Assembly (NCBI RefSeq): GCF_006345805.1
Contig: NC_043026.1
Location: 7,998,001 to 8,062,000, forward strand
DNA from: Octopus sinensis
Lineage: Eukaryota
Length of the DNA: 64,000 bases
Direction: 5' to 3'
The notes under the pieces were generated by a model. That model had not been told where the DNA came from. It searched no databases and saw nothing but the letters and a program-made list of their open reading frames with translations. Positions 35,950 to 50,479 of the stretch are shown here, one piece after another. The position numbers and the translations under genes are program-made. Position 1 is the stretch's first letter, and each line of letters begins with the position of its first letter.

Positions 35950-36150
35950 TAAGAATCGTTAGCATGCTGGGCGAAATGCTTAGTGGTATTTCACTTGTCG
36001 CTACGTTCCAAGTTCAAATTCCACCGAGGTCGACTATTGTTTCATCTTCCCAGGGTCAATAAAACAAGTATCATTTGAGTAGTGAGGCCGATGTAGTCGA
36101 CCGTCCGCTTCCCTACAAAATGTCAGGCCTTGTGCCTTTAGAAGAAAGGA
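35950..36150 (+). mobile_element. SINE family B
   Basis: GAATCGTTAGCATGCTGGGCGAAATGCTTAG...AGTTCAAATTCCACCGAGGTCGAC. Confidence 0.75.
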
Positions 36151-36399
36151 CTATTATTTATGCAGTGAATGACTTCATCGTTAATGTGTCGGACATTGAA
36201 CGAAGCAAGGAAGGAGAATGCTTTAGAGTAGCTAACCCTGCTAGAAATAACAGCCAAATCTCCTTCTAGTCAGATTCTATTGTTATAGGAATGTATATAT
36301 GTATGTATTGAGCCAATGACCGAGAGCTCTGTATGGCTCGGTGCATCAGCATGGCCGCAGCTCTGAGCTGAAACTAGAAAAAAAATATAAATATATATG

Positions 36400-36430
<31 letters not shown>

Positions 36431-36799
36431 ATATATGTATGTATATCTGCTGAGCTGGCAGAATCGTTAGTACACCAGGCAAAATGCTTAGCAGTGTTTT
36501 CATCTGACTTTATGTTCTGAGTTCTAATTCCATGGAGACTCACATTCAGGGACGATGGCCACTGGGACTGATGCAATCAAAACTGGAGCATTCCACGAAC
36601 CTGCTGGCCTTGTGCCAAAATTTGAATCCAATATTTATAGATATAAATATAATTGTGCACATATTTATACACAAAAGAGGTGACCTTTAACAGGACACCT
36701 TACGTGCTAGAGAGGGCAGTTAAAGCCCAAACCACAAGAGTAATTTCAAAGGGAACTCAAGTTTCTCTATTACTGTGCAAATAAATTAATTTGCCCAAA

Positions 36800-37142
36800 T
36801 GGAAATTGTTGTTAAGATACCTGTGCCGGTGACATGTTAAAAGTACCGTCCGAACGTGGCAGATGCCAGCGTGGCCTGACTGTCGTTCGTGTCGGTGACA
36901 CGTAAAAGCACCAACAATCGTGGCCGTTTGCCAGCCTCCCCTCTTGCCCCTGTGCGGTGGCACGTAAAAGCACCCACTACACTCACAGAGTGGTTGGCGT
37001 TAGGAAGGGCATCCAGCCGTAGAAACGCTGCCAGATCAGACTGGAGCTTGGTGAAGTCTTCTGGCTTCCCAGACCCTGGTCAAACTGTCCAACCCATGCT
37101 AGCATGGAAAATGGACGTTAAACGATGATGATGATGATGATG
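36800..37142 (+). mobile_element. SINE-like family C, near full length
   Basis: Same body and (GAT)n tail as 26935-27222. Confidence 0.85.
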
Positions 37143-37799
37143 ATTTGTGGTTGTGTATATATATATGTGTGTGTGTATATGTATATATGTGTGTGTATAT
37201 CTATATATATATGATGTATATAATATATATATATATATATATATACACATACACACACATACATACAGTCACACACTTTACACTCATGCCTTCCCCCAAT
37301 ACAATCTGGTCCTCCACCCCTTCTCAACAACACTTTCCTTTCCTCCTACTTCATGCCCCTCCACTCTCCCTCATATGCCTCCTCACACACATTCACTCTC
37401 AATGCCCTCACAGACGTACCATTGTCCCCTTAGACACTCCTGTATCTCTCACCCTCTTAGGGATCACCCCTCTCTCTTCTCTCTATCCACACACCCTGTC
37501 CAGTCTTCTGAACCCCTTCATTATGCAGGTGCTCCTACTTCTTTGTGCATTCACTCTGCCTATTCCGAATATGATCCTATTTAATAAGAGAGGAGGGGAG
37601 TGAAAAGTAACGCTCTCTTTCTGTAGAGAGACTGTCCAACTGTCTGTCTCTGCGTCCGTCCGTCTGTCCATGCATCCAATCACACAAACAGGTATATGGT
37701 TCAAATTTACAGGAAACAAAAGACAGGTGTAGGAACAAGGAACACATGTTTTAGTTAAAAGCTCGAGAATGGAAAGTTTATTTCATATTATTTACATAA

Positions 37800-37832
<33 letters not shown>

Positions 37833-37945
37833 ATATATTATATTATATATATATATTTACCTATATATGATTGTTTGCATGTATATATACATATGTGTAT
37901 ATATATATATATGTACATATATATGTGTGTATATATATATATATA

Positions 37946-37998
<53 letters not shown>

Positions 37999-38699
37999 AA
38001 TTGAGATAGGGGTTGTAAATGCAACCCTCCATGGGATAACCATATCCAATATACTGCTATTTACTTATATTTATATTCTCTTATACATATTATACTTATT
38101 GTATCACATTACTCCTTTATGTACACTGTTTTGTTCTATATTATTATGTTTGACCTTAAAGTTTCTTATGTGGTGGTTTAATAAAGTATGTGATTGGGTA
38201 TTATCTGGAAATTAATATTTGATTTGGATGTATTCTCCATTTTCTTATTTTGTATATATATATTTACCTATATATGATTTTTGTATGTATATGTACATTA
38301 TGCACATAATGCAAGCTAATTAATTAGTGAGAGAATGTAACGCAGTCCCCATAACTTACTCAGTGCCCCAAAACCTAATAATTACGTGAGCAGAATGGTA
38401 ACAATGTATTACTGGTATTTAATGTTTTTCACTGTCTGGCGAGATGCTGTGTAAAGTTAGTCCAAATAGTATGTCTTGGCTTCTAGATTTGATGGATCAG
38501 GGCTGAGTTGGGGCTAAACTGCTATAACTACACTAATACGATCCTCTCCCTCCGACAGGCACCATGACCACCACCACTAGCATGGACTATTAGAGAAAGT
38601 AGGTAAACCTCACCCAAATCACATGTGGAACAATAAATTTGTAGCTGGCATTCACTGACTTGATCAACAAGCTTGGGAGAAATGACATGACAGCAACAA

Positions 38700-38935
38700 C
38701 AACACCAACAATATCACACCACCACCACCACCACACCACACCACACCACACCACCACACCACACCACACCACACCACCACACCACCACCACCACAACAAC
38801 CACCACCACAAAACCAACAACAACACAACAACACACACCAACACACACACAACCACACACCACCACCACCAAACCACCACCACCACCACCACCACCACCA
38901 CCACACCACAACACCACCACACCACCACAACCATC
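38700..38935. repeat. (CAC/CACAC)n compound microsatellite
   Basis: Directly visible. Confidence 0.9.
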
Positions 38936-40955
38936 AAGACCAAAGAAAGAAATAAATTCATGATGTATAAAAGTTAAGAATGTTAGAGCTGTTAGAAATA
39001 GCAGCCAAATCCCCTTCTAACAACACCATTTTGTCTTAACATAACTTCATACATATTTATGTATGTGACCAGTGACAGTTGAATTGTACATGAGGGCTAG
39101 AGCTGTTAGAAATAGCAGCCAAATGCCCCTCCAACCTACTGAAATTAACTGCAGCTTATAAATTCTATGGCTGTCTTTCAACAAATGAACAACAGGTCCA
39201 TTTAACTGCAGCACTTCATATGCTAGAAACAACAGCAAGATTTTAGCAAACATGTATATGAAGACAGAGAAAGAGAAGGAGCAATTTTGATGTAATCACC
39301 CCAAACAACCCCTCAAAACTTTTTCCTTTTTGTGAATTTTTAGAAGAGTTTTGTAAATTTGTTCTAAACACAGGAATTGATACAGTTATGCAAAAGTGAA
39401 AAGAAAAGATAGTTTTTGTGTTTTTTAAGGGCTATTTAGCTGTTATTTTTAGCATATCGCATGACCACTTGATACCCTCCTTGTTTGTTTCTCACTCTTA
39501 CGTATTGATGTTTTCATTATCTTTCAATAAATTCATTTAATGGTCTTTTGATGGGATTTAAGCACAAAGTCCAGACTGTCCATTTTTTTAATTTCAAAAT
39601 ATTAAAACAAAATTTCCTGGAAACTGAAAAAAAACAAAACTGTTATGAGTGATTATATGGGATGCTTCAATCAGAATTCCGACATGGACAAAATATAGAA
39701 AGAAGCAGAAAGAAAAATATTTAAATATCTCATGTATCAATGCTTAATGGACACTAGACCTGCTGCAAGAAATAGCAGCCAAGTCTCCCTAAATCACAGA
39801 CCTGTCTCTCTGTGTGTCTGTCTATCTATTATCAGCTCTTCTTCACAGCATTTTAGGATCAGATACCTTCCTTGCAACCCTCCTCCGTTAGACATTCAGT
39901 CCCAGGGCACCATTTTCTACCATACACATATATGATTATTCTTTGTCTGTTGGCACAAGGCCTGGAATTCTAGTAGAGGCAGCTAATTGACTCCATCGAC
40001 CCTGCGTGTGAACGATTCTTCCACCTCACCGGCTTATACACATACACATACTGTAACGTCTCTCTCTCTCTCTGTCACTCTCTCCTTCTCTATCTTTCTA
40101 TTCATCTATTAATTATGTAATAATTCTCATTTTACATTTAGCACAAGGACTGCAATTATTGTGGGCACCTAATCGATTACATTGACCCTATTACTTGATT
40201 TGTGCTCAATTCATGACCCTGGAACGATTGGATGCAAAGCAACCCTCACCAGAATTTGAACTCACAATGTGAAACTACGAAACGGCGTGAAGCATTTCCT
40301 CTGGCATGTGAGGGATTCTGCCAACACGCTGCCTTATGAACACACACACACACACACACACACATACTATAACTACAATAATATATATCATATATAGTTA
40401 TATTAATACATATATGCTTCTAGAAATAGCAGTCAAATCTCCTAAAATCACACATCATGCTGTGTTATGTCTGAGGAAATTAACTGCATTGTAGGAAGGC
40501 TCGTTGGAATTACCAGCCAATTAAAGCTCTAATTACAGTGTAATTTCTAATGCATGTATATATGAGGTCATACAGGATCTCTATCTGGTAGCTAGATCAA
40601 TGTTGATTCAACCCCTCCCCTTAAAATTTCTAGCATTCTCCATAAATCAGGAAAAAAAAATCTATTCTTTCTGAGGGCAGGGAGTCGCTTTTTGTATATC
40701 TGTGTTATAGTTGTATTGATATTTTCTCTTGTAGAAATAGCAGTCAAATCCCTTTAAATCACACATTATACTGAAATATTAGCATTGTGACTCGGCTTGT
40801 TAGAAATAACATCCAAATCTCCCTCTGAAATTAAACATAGGAGATGAAGAGAGAGCAGAATGAGAGAGAAAACAGTGAGAGAGGAGGGAGGACATATAAT
40901 GATTGAGTGAGAAAGAAGGAGGGATCGCTGGAATAAATACAAGGCTTAACAAAAA

Positions 40956-42115
40956 TATGAGGGGTGTTCATTAAAGATGTTCCCTCACCCACCCACTTCC
41001 AGTTATTGCAGGAAACGGAACTTGTACAGGTATAGTCATACCTGTCTCTCCATGTCACATTGTAAATTGCAGCTTTCCACTCGGATTCGTTTGTCTTTTG
41101 CGGCTGCTGAAGTGGACTAAGCTGTTATAATGGAGGCAGTTGAATGCAGATCAGGGATCAGGTTCTTATACTTGGAAGGTCGTACACCAAATGATGAGAT
41201 GAAAGAAGCACTTATGGTGACGATGCACCATCATACAACATAGTCAAGCACTGGCATCACCTGTTCAAATGGGGCTGGACATTGGTGGAAACTGTTGGAC
41301 AACCACATTCTGCCATTGATGATGATGCCATCCATAAAGTGGAAGCTGCATTTTGGAGGATCACCACAGAACTTTATGGCAACTAACCCAAAAAGTGAAG
41401 ATAAGCTTAGGATCTGTGGAAAAAAACTCATTTACAACCATTTGTACATGTTATCAGCACAATGGATTCCCCAGATGCTCACATCTTTTCAAAAGCAGGA
41501 ATGGGTCAATTGTTCCAAGGCCCTTTTGGCAATGTGTCAAGAAAATGAGGAGGTTTTTTTTTGGCAGACTTATCCACAGGATGAAGCATGGGTCCATCAC
41601 AATGGTCCTGAGACTAAAGTCCAGTCAAAACAATGGAAGTATGATAACTCATCACCTCCAAAGAAGGGTCGTGTCCAGCCCTGACCAGGCAAGGTGATGC
41701 TCAATCTTTTTGGACCAGCACAGATTAGTGATGATGGATTTTCTGGCAAAGGGCTCCACAATTAATGGGGCACATCATGCTTCTCTGCCGCAGAAATTGC
41801 AGGATGCCATCAAAGCAGAGAAGCATGGCATGCTGACCAAAGGAGTCTGCTTCCTCAAAGACAACAACTCAGTTCACAAAACACATGTTGCCCAGATGGA
41901 AGCACACTCCTGTGGCTATGAAATCCTTACTCTCCTGACCTCGCACCATCTGACTTCCACCTCTTTCCGACCATGAAATCTTTTTTGAAGGGGAAGAAAT
42001 TTTCAGATGACAAACTTATTTCTGAGGTAAAGCCTTGACTCTAGATGCAGCCTACCAACTTCTACAGATGAGGGATACACAACTGCATAAAAGAGACAGG
42101 AGAAGTGTGACACCA
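40956..42115 (+). mobile_element. mariner (DD34D) transposon fossil, near full length
   Basis: Starts TATGAGGGG; ATG at 41130. Motifs SAQWIPQML, QDEAWVHH, KVMLNLF, DNNSVH and PDLAPSDFHLF; several frameshifts. Confidence 0.9.
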
Positions 42116-42119
42116 CTTC

Positions 42120-43040
42120 TGGAGGACAATTGAAGGTTCCTATGGGACAACATGTTGCGGGCTACTGACCAGATCTGTGGCTGATGCAAAGGCCCACTTG
42201 ATCTAAGGTGGCATGGTGGTGGAACAATGTAGTTGACAAGGTCATTAGGGAAAAGAAACAGGCATGGAAGGACTGGAAGTGTGGTGGAAGCAGGGAACTG
42301 TATCAGATCGCCCAGAGGAAGCTAGGAGACAGGTTTACTAGCCAGAAGGGAAGCAGGTAAGAAAAAAAATTTGCCAATGTTCTTTCTTGTGTGGACCAGA
42401 AACTCAAAGTGTTTCATATTGCAAGACAGTGTGTGAGAGAGAATTGTGATGTCAAAAGAGAGAAATGTGTCTGCATGGATGATGGGTCACTTGCATTTAA
42501 TGATGCTGCAAAGAGAGAGACTTGGAGATGCCACTATAAATGGTTCCTGAATGGGAGAAAGTGTGCCAAATGTTGACCTAACAGAGGGATCAGCTATTCA
42601 AATTGACAGTACCTTGGTAGATAAAGCAATTAAGGGTATGGAAGCAGGGAAAGCTCCTGCCTCATTAGGAATCACTGCTGTGATGCTTAAAATATCTGGT
42701 GGTGTAGGCTGTAGTCTAGTCACATGTATAGTCAAGCAGGTGATGTGCAAAGGGGTCATACCCAATGACTGGTGTTGCAGCACCATAATCAATTGCTACA
42801 AAGGTAAAGGTGATGCATTAGACAAAACTAATTACAGAGGTATGAAATTGTTGGACCAGGTGATGAAAGCCACGGAGAGGGACATAGCCCAACTAAATAG
42901 GGAGTGAGTTAGTTTAGATGAGATGCAGTTTGGGTTTGTGCCAGGGAGAAGCACTATTGATGCTATATTTCTGGTAAAGCAACTGCAGGAGAAATACCTA
43001 GTCAAAGATAAGTCTCCATACTTGGCATTCATTGACATTT
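42120..43040 (+). mobile_element. RTE-clade LINE fragment (N-terminal part of RT)
   Basis: WWWNNVVDKVIREKK, GKAPASLGITAVMLK, IPNDWCCSTIINCYKGKGDALDKTNYRGMKLL, QFGFVPGRSTIDAIF, LAFID. Confidence 0.9.
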
Positions 43041-43307
43041 TTTATTGAACTTAAACATTTGACCCTTTAAATTAACTTTGGTACACGCAGCTATCAGGTG
43101 ACATTTTTGTCACCTGGTCATAGTTTTCAGGGGTCCTTATGCCTCTGATCCACCTGTCCATAAGGGTATTCTTGGCCATTGAGGTGGTGGTAGGGTGTCT
43201 ACCTGTTTTCAGTTGACTGGGCCAGAAACATGGATAATCTTGCGAAAACAAACTCATAAACCTAAAAAATAGGTTGTGCTTTATTGACTGAAATGACTAA
43301 ATCTTTT

Positions 43308-43528
43308 TGAATAGAGAAACATCAGGTGAGTTTTATTTCAAACAATTGTTTTCGGGTAAGGTCATAAATATATCTGTATTTATGTATAAGTAAATGTGCA
43401 CCCAAGCACATCTGCCCACACACACACTCACTCTTATGTATGTTTTTACTTAGACATAAACACAGGTGACATTGTAGCTGGCCTAAATCTCATCTTTTCA
43501 AATAAAACTCACCTGATTCTTCTATTCA
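43308..43528. repeat. Short MITE-like element with ~30-bp imperfect terminal inverted repeats
   Basis: TCAGGTGAGTTTTATTT and its reverse complement AAATAAAACTCACCTGA lie ~180 bp apart. Confidence 0.45.
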
Positions 43529-43840
43529 GCAGGTATTAAATCCTTTCATTCAATAATGCACAACAACCGGTTTTTTTTCCTTTTTCACTTATTTTTTTTT
43601 TTTTTGCTTATTATTTTGACCTCTTGCAATTTCTATTCATGTGTATGTGTGTGCATATATGTATGCGTGTGTGCAACCACCTGCATGCTAATGTGTGTGC
43701 GTAGGGATGTGCCACACCCATCAAGACCTGGGCAGACATGAAGACTGCATGAAAAGAAATCTGATACCCTCCACCCCCCACCCCACCGAAGAAAGGAGAA
43801 GACTTTGGAAATTGCTTTTAAGTAAGAAACTCTGTCTGTC

Positions 43841-43871
<31 letters not shown>

Positions 43872-44004
43872 GGTGGTGCTGCAGCATGACCACAGCTGCA
43901 TGACGGAAATGAGTAAAAGAAAACAATAAAACAATAGTATATATGCATACATATATGACACAGACAATACATATACATACATACATACAAATATTATAAC
44001 ACAC

Positions 44005-44035
<31 letters not shown>

Positions 44036-44066
44036 CATCATATATCATATGAAATATATATATATA

Positions 44067-44081
<15 letters not shown>

Positions 44082-44105
<24 letters not shown>

Positions 44106-45810
44106 AATTATTGTATACAGTGCTCAAGTGCACCACAACTTGTCAGAAAGTGCATATAAAGTATATGCAGTAATGTAAAAATGTCTGGAAAGTGAACAAT
44201 GTATGAGTCAGATACATGCTTGTGTGTGTATGGAGGGGAGAAAATCAAGTGTAGTGTTGGCGAATCTCAGGAAGCATGGAAGTTTTGAAGATGCAGTGCT
44301 CCGACAACTAACAACTGATGCCGGCAGTTTATTCCATGCTTCAGCAACTCTCAGCGTGAAAAAATGTTTCCTGAAGTCATGGGAGCTGTGCTGTTTTCTT
44401 ACTTTGTAAATATGTCCACGGGTGTTAGATGGGTGGAGTTTGAAAAGGTGCTCAGAGTTATTGTTTGTACGATGGTTGATAATTTTATGGATGTCTGCCA
44501 AGTCAGCTTCCAGACGTCGGAGTTTCAATGTGTCTATGCCCAGGGAAGTAAGGCGTTCAGGATATGGCAAATGCCTGATGGAGGGTATTCTTTTGGTTGC
44601 ACGTCGCTGAACAGCTTTCAGACGATTGATATCCTGGGCAAGATAGGGGTTCTAGACCGGTGATGCAAATTCCAGGTGAGGTCTTACCATAGCTATATAA
44701 AGCCGCAGATAGATAGCCGGAGAGCGGCTCACAAAGGATTTGGTGAGTGATGCCAAGACACCCTCAGCCTTCTTGACAATTTCAGCGATGTGTTTTGTCC
44801 AACGCAAATCACTGTCGACAATAACACCCAGGTCACGTTCACATGAAGACTTTTTGAGACTAGTGTTGTGGAGGGAGTAGGTGGACGCTGGGTTTCTACT
44901 CCCAAAATGCATGGTGGTACATTTGTCCACAGCCAGCTTGAGTTGCCAGTCCATGATCCACTGCTGCATTGTGTCCAGGTCTGCTTGCAATAGAGATCTA
45001 TAGTTTACAGGATTTGACCTCTTTATTTCGAGGTACAGCTTGATGTCATCTGCATATTTCAGCACTGTGGCATTCTTTAAGTAGGCATCTATGTCATTAA
45101 CATATGCAACAAATAAAAGGGGGCCAAGAACAGATCCCTGTGGTACACCAGATGTCATCTCATAGGGCGAAGAGTGCTGTCCTAGAACTGTGACAACCTC
45201 TTTTCGGCTGAAAATAAAGGACTTCAACCAGTTATAGAGTTCGTCTCTTACACCCAACGCAGAAAGCTTCACCATAAGTCTTTTGTGTGGCACAGAGTTA
45301 AAAGCCTTAGCGAAGTCCAGGTAAACAACATCCACCCAGGATCCACGATCAGTGATTTGGGTAACGTCCTCAAGAAACTCGATGAGTTGATTACAGCAGC
45401 TGGAGTTAGGAATAAATCCGAATTGTGACGGCTGGATGAGGCTGTGAGACTTCCAGAAGTTCCAGAGGGTTTCTCTGATACAGGATTCCATCAGTTTGGC
45501 GATGCAGCTAGTAAGACTGATGGGGCAATAGTTGACAGGCGATGTGCGGTCGCCTTTTTTTAACAGAGGGATGACACTGGCAGTTTTCCACTGTTCTGGA
45601 GTAACACCATTGTCGAGACAGAATTGGAAGAATAGAAAAAGTTGGCTTAGAAGAAAGTACCCACCGCGTTTGAGAAGTAGGTATGTAACACCATCGAGAC
45701 CAGGAGAGGCATAATTGCGTTTATTCTTAAGGTGGCGTTGCAGCATTGCTGGTGTAAATTGCATAGTAGATATAGAGTCCGATGTCAGTGGTGATGAAGA
45801 TGGAATTACA
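44082..45810 (-). mobile_element. 5'-truncated CR1-like LINE, young copy 2
   Basis: A 370-aa RT ORF (LDFAKAF, PQGSVLGP, YADD) stops at one TGG>TAG change (44652-44654) and continues in frame. It has a (TTA)n tail and TA-rich flanks. Confidence 0.95.
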
Positions 45811-45989
45811 TATATATATATATATATATAATTAAATTAGGGATAAAAGCACTATTAGGCAAATCAAACAGTGTAAAACATAAACCAAGACATAATTAAA
45901 ATTATTAATATGATATACAAAATATATAAAATATAAAATTTATATATATGTATACACTATATATATACATATATATATATACATACATA

Positions 45990-46106
<117 letters not shown>

Positions 46107-46117
46107 CGTATATATAT

Positions 46118-46149
<32 letters not shown>

Positions 46150-46154
46150 GTATA

Positions 46155-46194
<40 letters not shown>

Positions 46195-46195
<1 letters not shown>

Positions 46196-46332
46196 TGAAG
46201 TAGATAAGTGAATTATCTTATTACGGATAATTCAAATGATAACCGATACCTGGGTAGCCTTTGAAACATATGTAGAAAATAATAAAAAGGAATTTTGTTA
46301 AATCTTCGTTCAGCTCCATTTCTTCCTACACT
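46195..46332 (+). mobile_element. Remnant of a probable PLE terminal repeat containing a hammerhead 3' half (GAAACATATGTA)
   Basis: Shares sequence with the 56.1-56.5 kb element (GATACCTGGG; AATCTTCGTTCA.CTCCATT). No CTGANGA is found upstream. Confidence 0.45.
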
Positions 46333-46427
46333 AAATATATATATATATATATTATATATATATATATATATTATATATATACATATATGTATATATATAT
46401 ACATATATATATATGTGTGTGTGTATG

Positions 46428-46459
<32 letters not shown>

Positions 46460-46489
46460 TATATATATATATATATATATTGTATATAT

Positions 46490-46918
46490 ATAATAATAAT
46501 AATAATGAAATTAATTGTATACAATGCTCAAGTGCACCACAACTTGTCAGAAAGTGCATATAAAGTATATGCAGTAATGTAGAAATGTCTGGAAAGCGAA
46601 CAATGTATGAGTCAGATACATGCTTGTGTGTGTATGGAGGGGAGAAAATCAAGTGTAGTGTTGGCGAATCTCAGGAAGCATGGAAGTTTTGAAGGATGCA
46701 GTGCTCCGACAACTAACAACTGATGCCGGCAGTTTGTTCCACGCTTCAGCAACTCTCAGCGTGAAAAAATGTTTCCTGAAGTCATGGGAGCTGTGCTGTT
46801 TTCTTACTTTGTAAATATGTCCACGGGTGTTAGATGGGTGGAGTTTGAAAAGGTGCTCAGAGTTATTGTTTGTACAATGGTTGATATTTTTATGGGTGTC
46901 TGCCAAGTCAGCTGCCAA
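46490..46918 (-). mobile_element. CR1-like LINE, short 3' copy 3
   Basis: LADTHK..HDFRKHFFTLRVAEAWNKLP..HYT*, 3' UTR and (TTA)n tail; both ends lie in (TA)n. Confidence 0.95.
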
Positions 46919-47047
46919 TATATATATATATATATGTATATATATAATATATATATATATCTATATATATATATATTATATATACACATATATATATACA
47001 TATATATGTATATATATATATACACATATATGTATTTATATATATAT

Positions 47048-47097
<50 letters not shown>

Positions 47098-47103
47098 TGT
47101 GTG

Positions 47104-47183
<80 letters not shown>

Positions 47184-47239
47184 TATATATACGTATATAT
47201 ATATGTATGTATATATACATATATATATATATATACACA

Positions 47240-47277
<38 letters not shown>

Positions 47278-47299
47278 CATATATATATATATGTGTGTG

Positions 47300-47341
<42 letters not shown>

Positions 47342-47357
47342 ACATATATATATACAT

Positions 47358-48603
47358 AAAGGAGTTTCACCTTTACCAGTATTATATTACTCTTCAAAAA
47401 ACAGGTGGATGAATGAACACTTGTTCACAGAATGGTTCATCCAAGAATTTGTGCCAGCTGAACAAAAGCGCTCTCACAAATGTGGTAAACCTGATTCAAA
47501 GTGCCTGCAGCTATTACACAATTGCAGAGCACATCCTCACGACACAAAACTAGTGTCATCGTGTGGGAATGTTTTTACGTGCTACTTACCACCGAATGTG
47601 ACATCTCTCATTCAACCTCTGGAGCAAGGGATTATTTGGAGCTTAAAACGTTTCTACAGAAATGATTTCAAGATGAATATGATAAATAGCAATGTTAGTA
47701 TAGGCAATTTCCAGTGCAATTTTACCATCAAAGATGCCATTTTTTCCCTTGCAAGTGCATGGAATCAGGTTTGAGCAGGCACATTAACAGAAGCGTGGGG
47801 GAAATTATACCCAGTGTCTTGTGCTCCTAAAGTGAAAGAAGCAGAAAATGTATCTGGAGTACAAAATATTCTTGAAAGTAGAGGATTTCCAACCAAACAC
47901 ACCGTTCTTCAATCACTTGATGCAAATGGAATTGAAATGTGGGTTTGACAAGATGAAGAAAACACTGAACAATGTCCTGAAGACAATATTGGTCATGAAA
48001 TTAGTGACAGCAATGGCTCCCATTCGAGTGAATCTTATGTAAATGGCCAAGAACACTCTAATGAGGAAATATCATGGGATAAGATGACAGAAAAGTCTAT
48101 GGAGATAGTGATAAAATTTCTAGAAAGAAATCCTTACTTTAGTGACAACTATTTTTGGCAAGCAATGTCACTTTGAAAGGATATGATCATAAAGAGACTA
48201 CAGCACGAGGAAATAGTGGAGTTTGGTGATCGCTTGAGGAATGCAATGGCAGACCCCGTCAGTTTGATAAATGAAGACAGAAACAAAAGTGAAGAAGCTC
48301 ATTCAATGAACGCATAAAAGTATTCTACATTGGTGATTGGTTGTTAAATGCAGATAATTTATGTAATAAATACCTAACAATTAACATTTATTTAATTAGA
48401 AAAAAAATTTGAAAGTAAATTAACATTATTTAATATTAATTTATTTTCAAATTTTTTCCCCCCAAGCAATGATATTTAACAATTCTTTAAAATATATAAT
48501 GTGCTCATCTTAATATATACATTAAATACTAGAAGGGGTACCCGGAAATGTAAGAGGAAATATTTTCAACATAGCACACGTTCGAATTAGAGGAGTTCTA
48601 CTG
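47358..48603 (+). mobile_element. pogo/Tigger-like transposon, 3' half
   Basis: [37 protein letters not shown]; the right terminus reverse-complements to CAGTAGAACTCCTCTAATTCGAAC and is followed by TA. Confidence 0.85.
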
Positions 48604-48839
48604 TATATACATACAGGTGGAGGTGCATGGCTTAGTGGTTAGGGTGTTGGACTCATGATCGTAAGACTGCTGTTTCGATTCTTGTACCAGGTGATGCTTT
48701 GTGTTCTTGACCAAAACACTTCATTTCACTCAAAAATGAATTACCATAAAAACCCATGTAATTTGCGCACCTGTGTAATTTACGCAGGTGATTTTTAGGA
48801 TAAAATTTGTTAGAAAAAGCTTCTGCTCATGTAAAATTC

Positions 48840-48960
48840 TCACCCAAAAGTTTTCAGAATTTCTGGCGAGACAGCTGCAGGAGAAATGCCCAGCCAAAGA
48901 TAAGCCCCTGTAAATTGGCTTTCGTTGACATGGAGAAAGCCTTTGACAGGGTCCCCTTGT
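48840..48960 (+). mobile_element. Small RTE LINE RT fragment
   Basis: RQLQEK..KDKPL..LAFVDMEKAFDRVP. Confidence 0.7.
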
Positions 48961-49206
48961 GTATAATACACACCCCTTTTCTAAATTGAGTCGTGCATAA
49001 TTAAGCCAGCAGCACCTAGTCAAACAAACACTTCCGCGCATGCGTAATACAATAATGGTGATGTTCTTAACTGTTATATGGAATGTAAATATGTTTGCAA
49101 ATTGTTTTTGTTATGGATTATTCTGTGTTCTGAATACTTTTATTTTAATAAATGTTGCTTATTGCAAGTTATAGATGATTCTTCATTGCTTTCAGGCTTA
49201 GCTTAA

Positions 49207-50279
49207 CCCTTTCGTTACTATATTTCTGACCAAAATACACCCCTTATGTGTTTCAATTAATTTCTAACGTAATCATAAATTTAGTCTGGTTTCATCAAAC
49301 AACTATAACTTTTTTATTTATCAATATATTAACATGAATTTTGGAAGATAATTTAATGAAATGTTCTCAACCAATTCTATACTATAATTTTTGTCACAAA
49401 GTGACTCTAATTGCAGGTAAATACAGGTAAATTCAACAATATATAAAATTATTAAAATTTTGTTCAAACATCGCTATAGAAAATGGGTTTTTAGCTAATA
49501 TTCAATTGGGTATACAACAAAATTTTACGATAGAATTTGTTATTCTTGGTAACTTTCTGATACCCATAATAATATTTATGGCAAAATAGGCCTTAATTTC
49601 ATTTTAGGTTGTGGGAAATAACAAACTATCCTTTCTTTCGCTTTGTTTACGTTTAGCGTAACGGTTCGTTTCCGCCGTAATGATTTCAAATAGGCTCATT
49701 CGAAAAAGTAAAAAGAAATAGTTTAAGGCTTTACTCTTCTGGGAAAGTCTGTGGCTTGGTCCAGTTTCTTCAGAAAAATCACCGAAAGAAACAGTTTTTA
49801 AATTTTCACTCCATTCAGGTGCCAATTCATTTTCTTTATCGCTGTCGGAGCTCTCAAATTCACTGTTTTCACTTTCGGAAAATGAAACAGATTCATTATC
49901 AAATACCACATGCTTTTTTTTTCAGTCATAGAATTAGATTTATGAAGGTCTTCAGTAGAAAATCCTTCGAATTCTGACTCGCTGCTTGATATAATGAAAT
50001 TCGTATCCATTTTTTGTCAGAATTACAAATTTTGAAAACACAATAGGAAGAAATTTCGGAAAAAAATCTCCCATAATTCACGGAATTAAAATTACACTTC
50101 GATTATTGTTCAAAACTGTAGTTGAACTCTTTACGAAGTATAATACGTGTTTTCACGAATGTACTAAAGAGATTTGCTCTGATATTCTCATTTAAATATG
50201 AATAGGTAAATTCGGGCGGTTTGGGGCGGCTTGGTCACATTAACCAAAATTTTTTTCGGGCGGTTTGGTAACGAAAGGG
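49207..50279 (-). mobile_element. Non-autonomous piggyBac (internal deletion derivative), 1073 bp
   Basis: TTAA|CCCTTTCGTTAC...GTAACGAAAGGG|TTAA. The minus strand retains the acidic N-terminus and YFFLLFRMSLFEIITAETNRYA..IKAYFAINIIMGI, typical of piggyBac/PGBD transposases. Confidence 0.92.
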
Positions 50280-50479
50280 TTAAGGCATTTTCATGCCCGA
50301 CATCACAAAATGCGTCTGAATAAACATTGCCAGACAGCAAATAGAGACTCGGACATTGCTTGGAAAATAGTTTTCAATTTTAACCTCGTATATAGTACGC
50401 ACTAGGGATTTTGACCTTTATGTTTTGGGAAAAAAAAGGGGATTATAGTCGAGGATTTACGGTTTATATATATATATAT

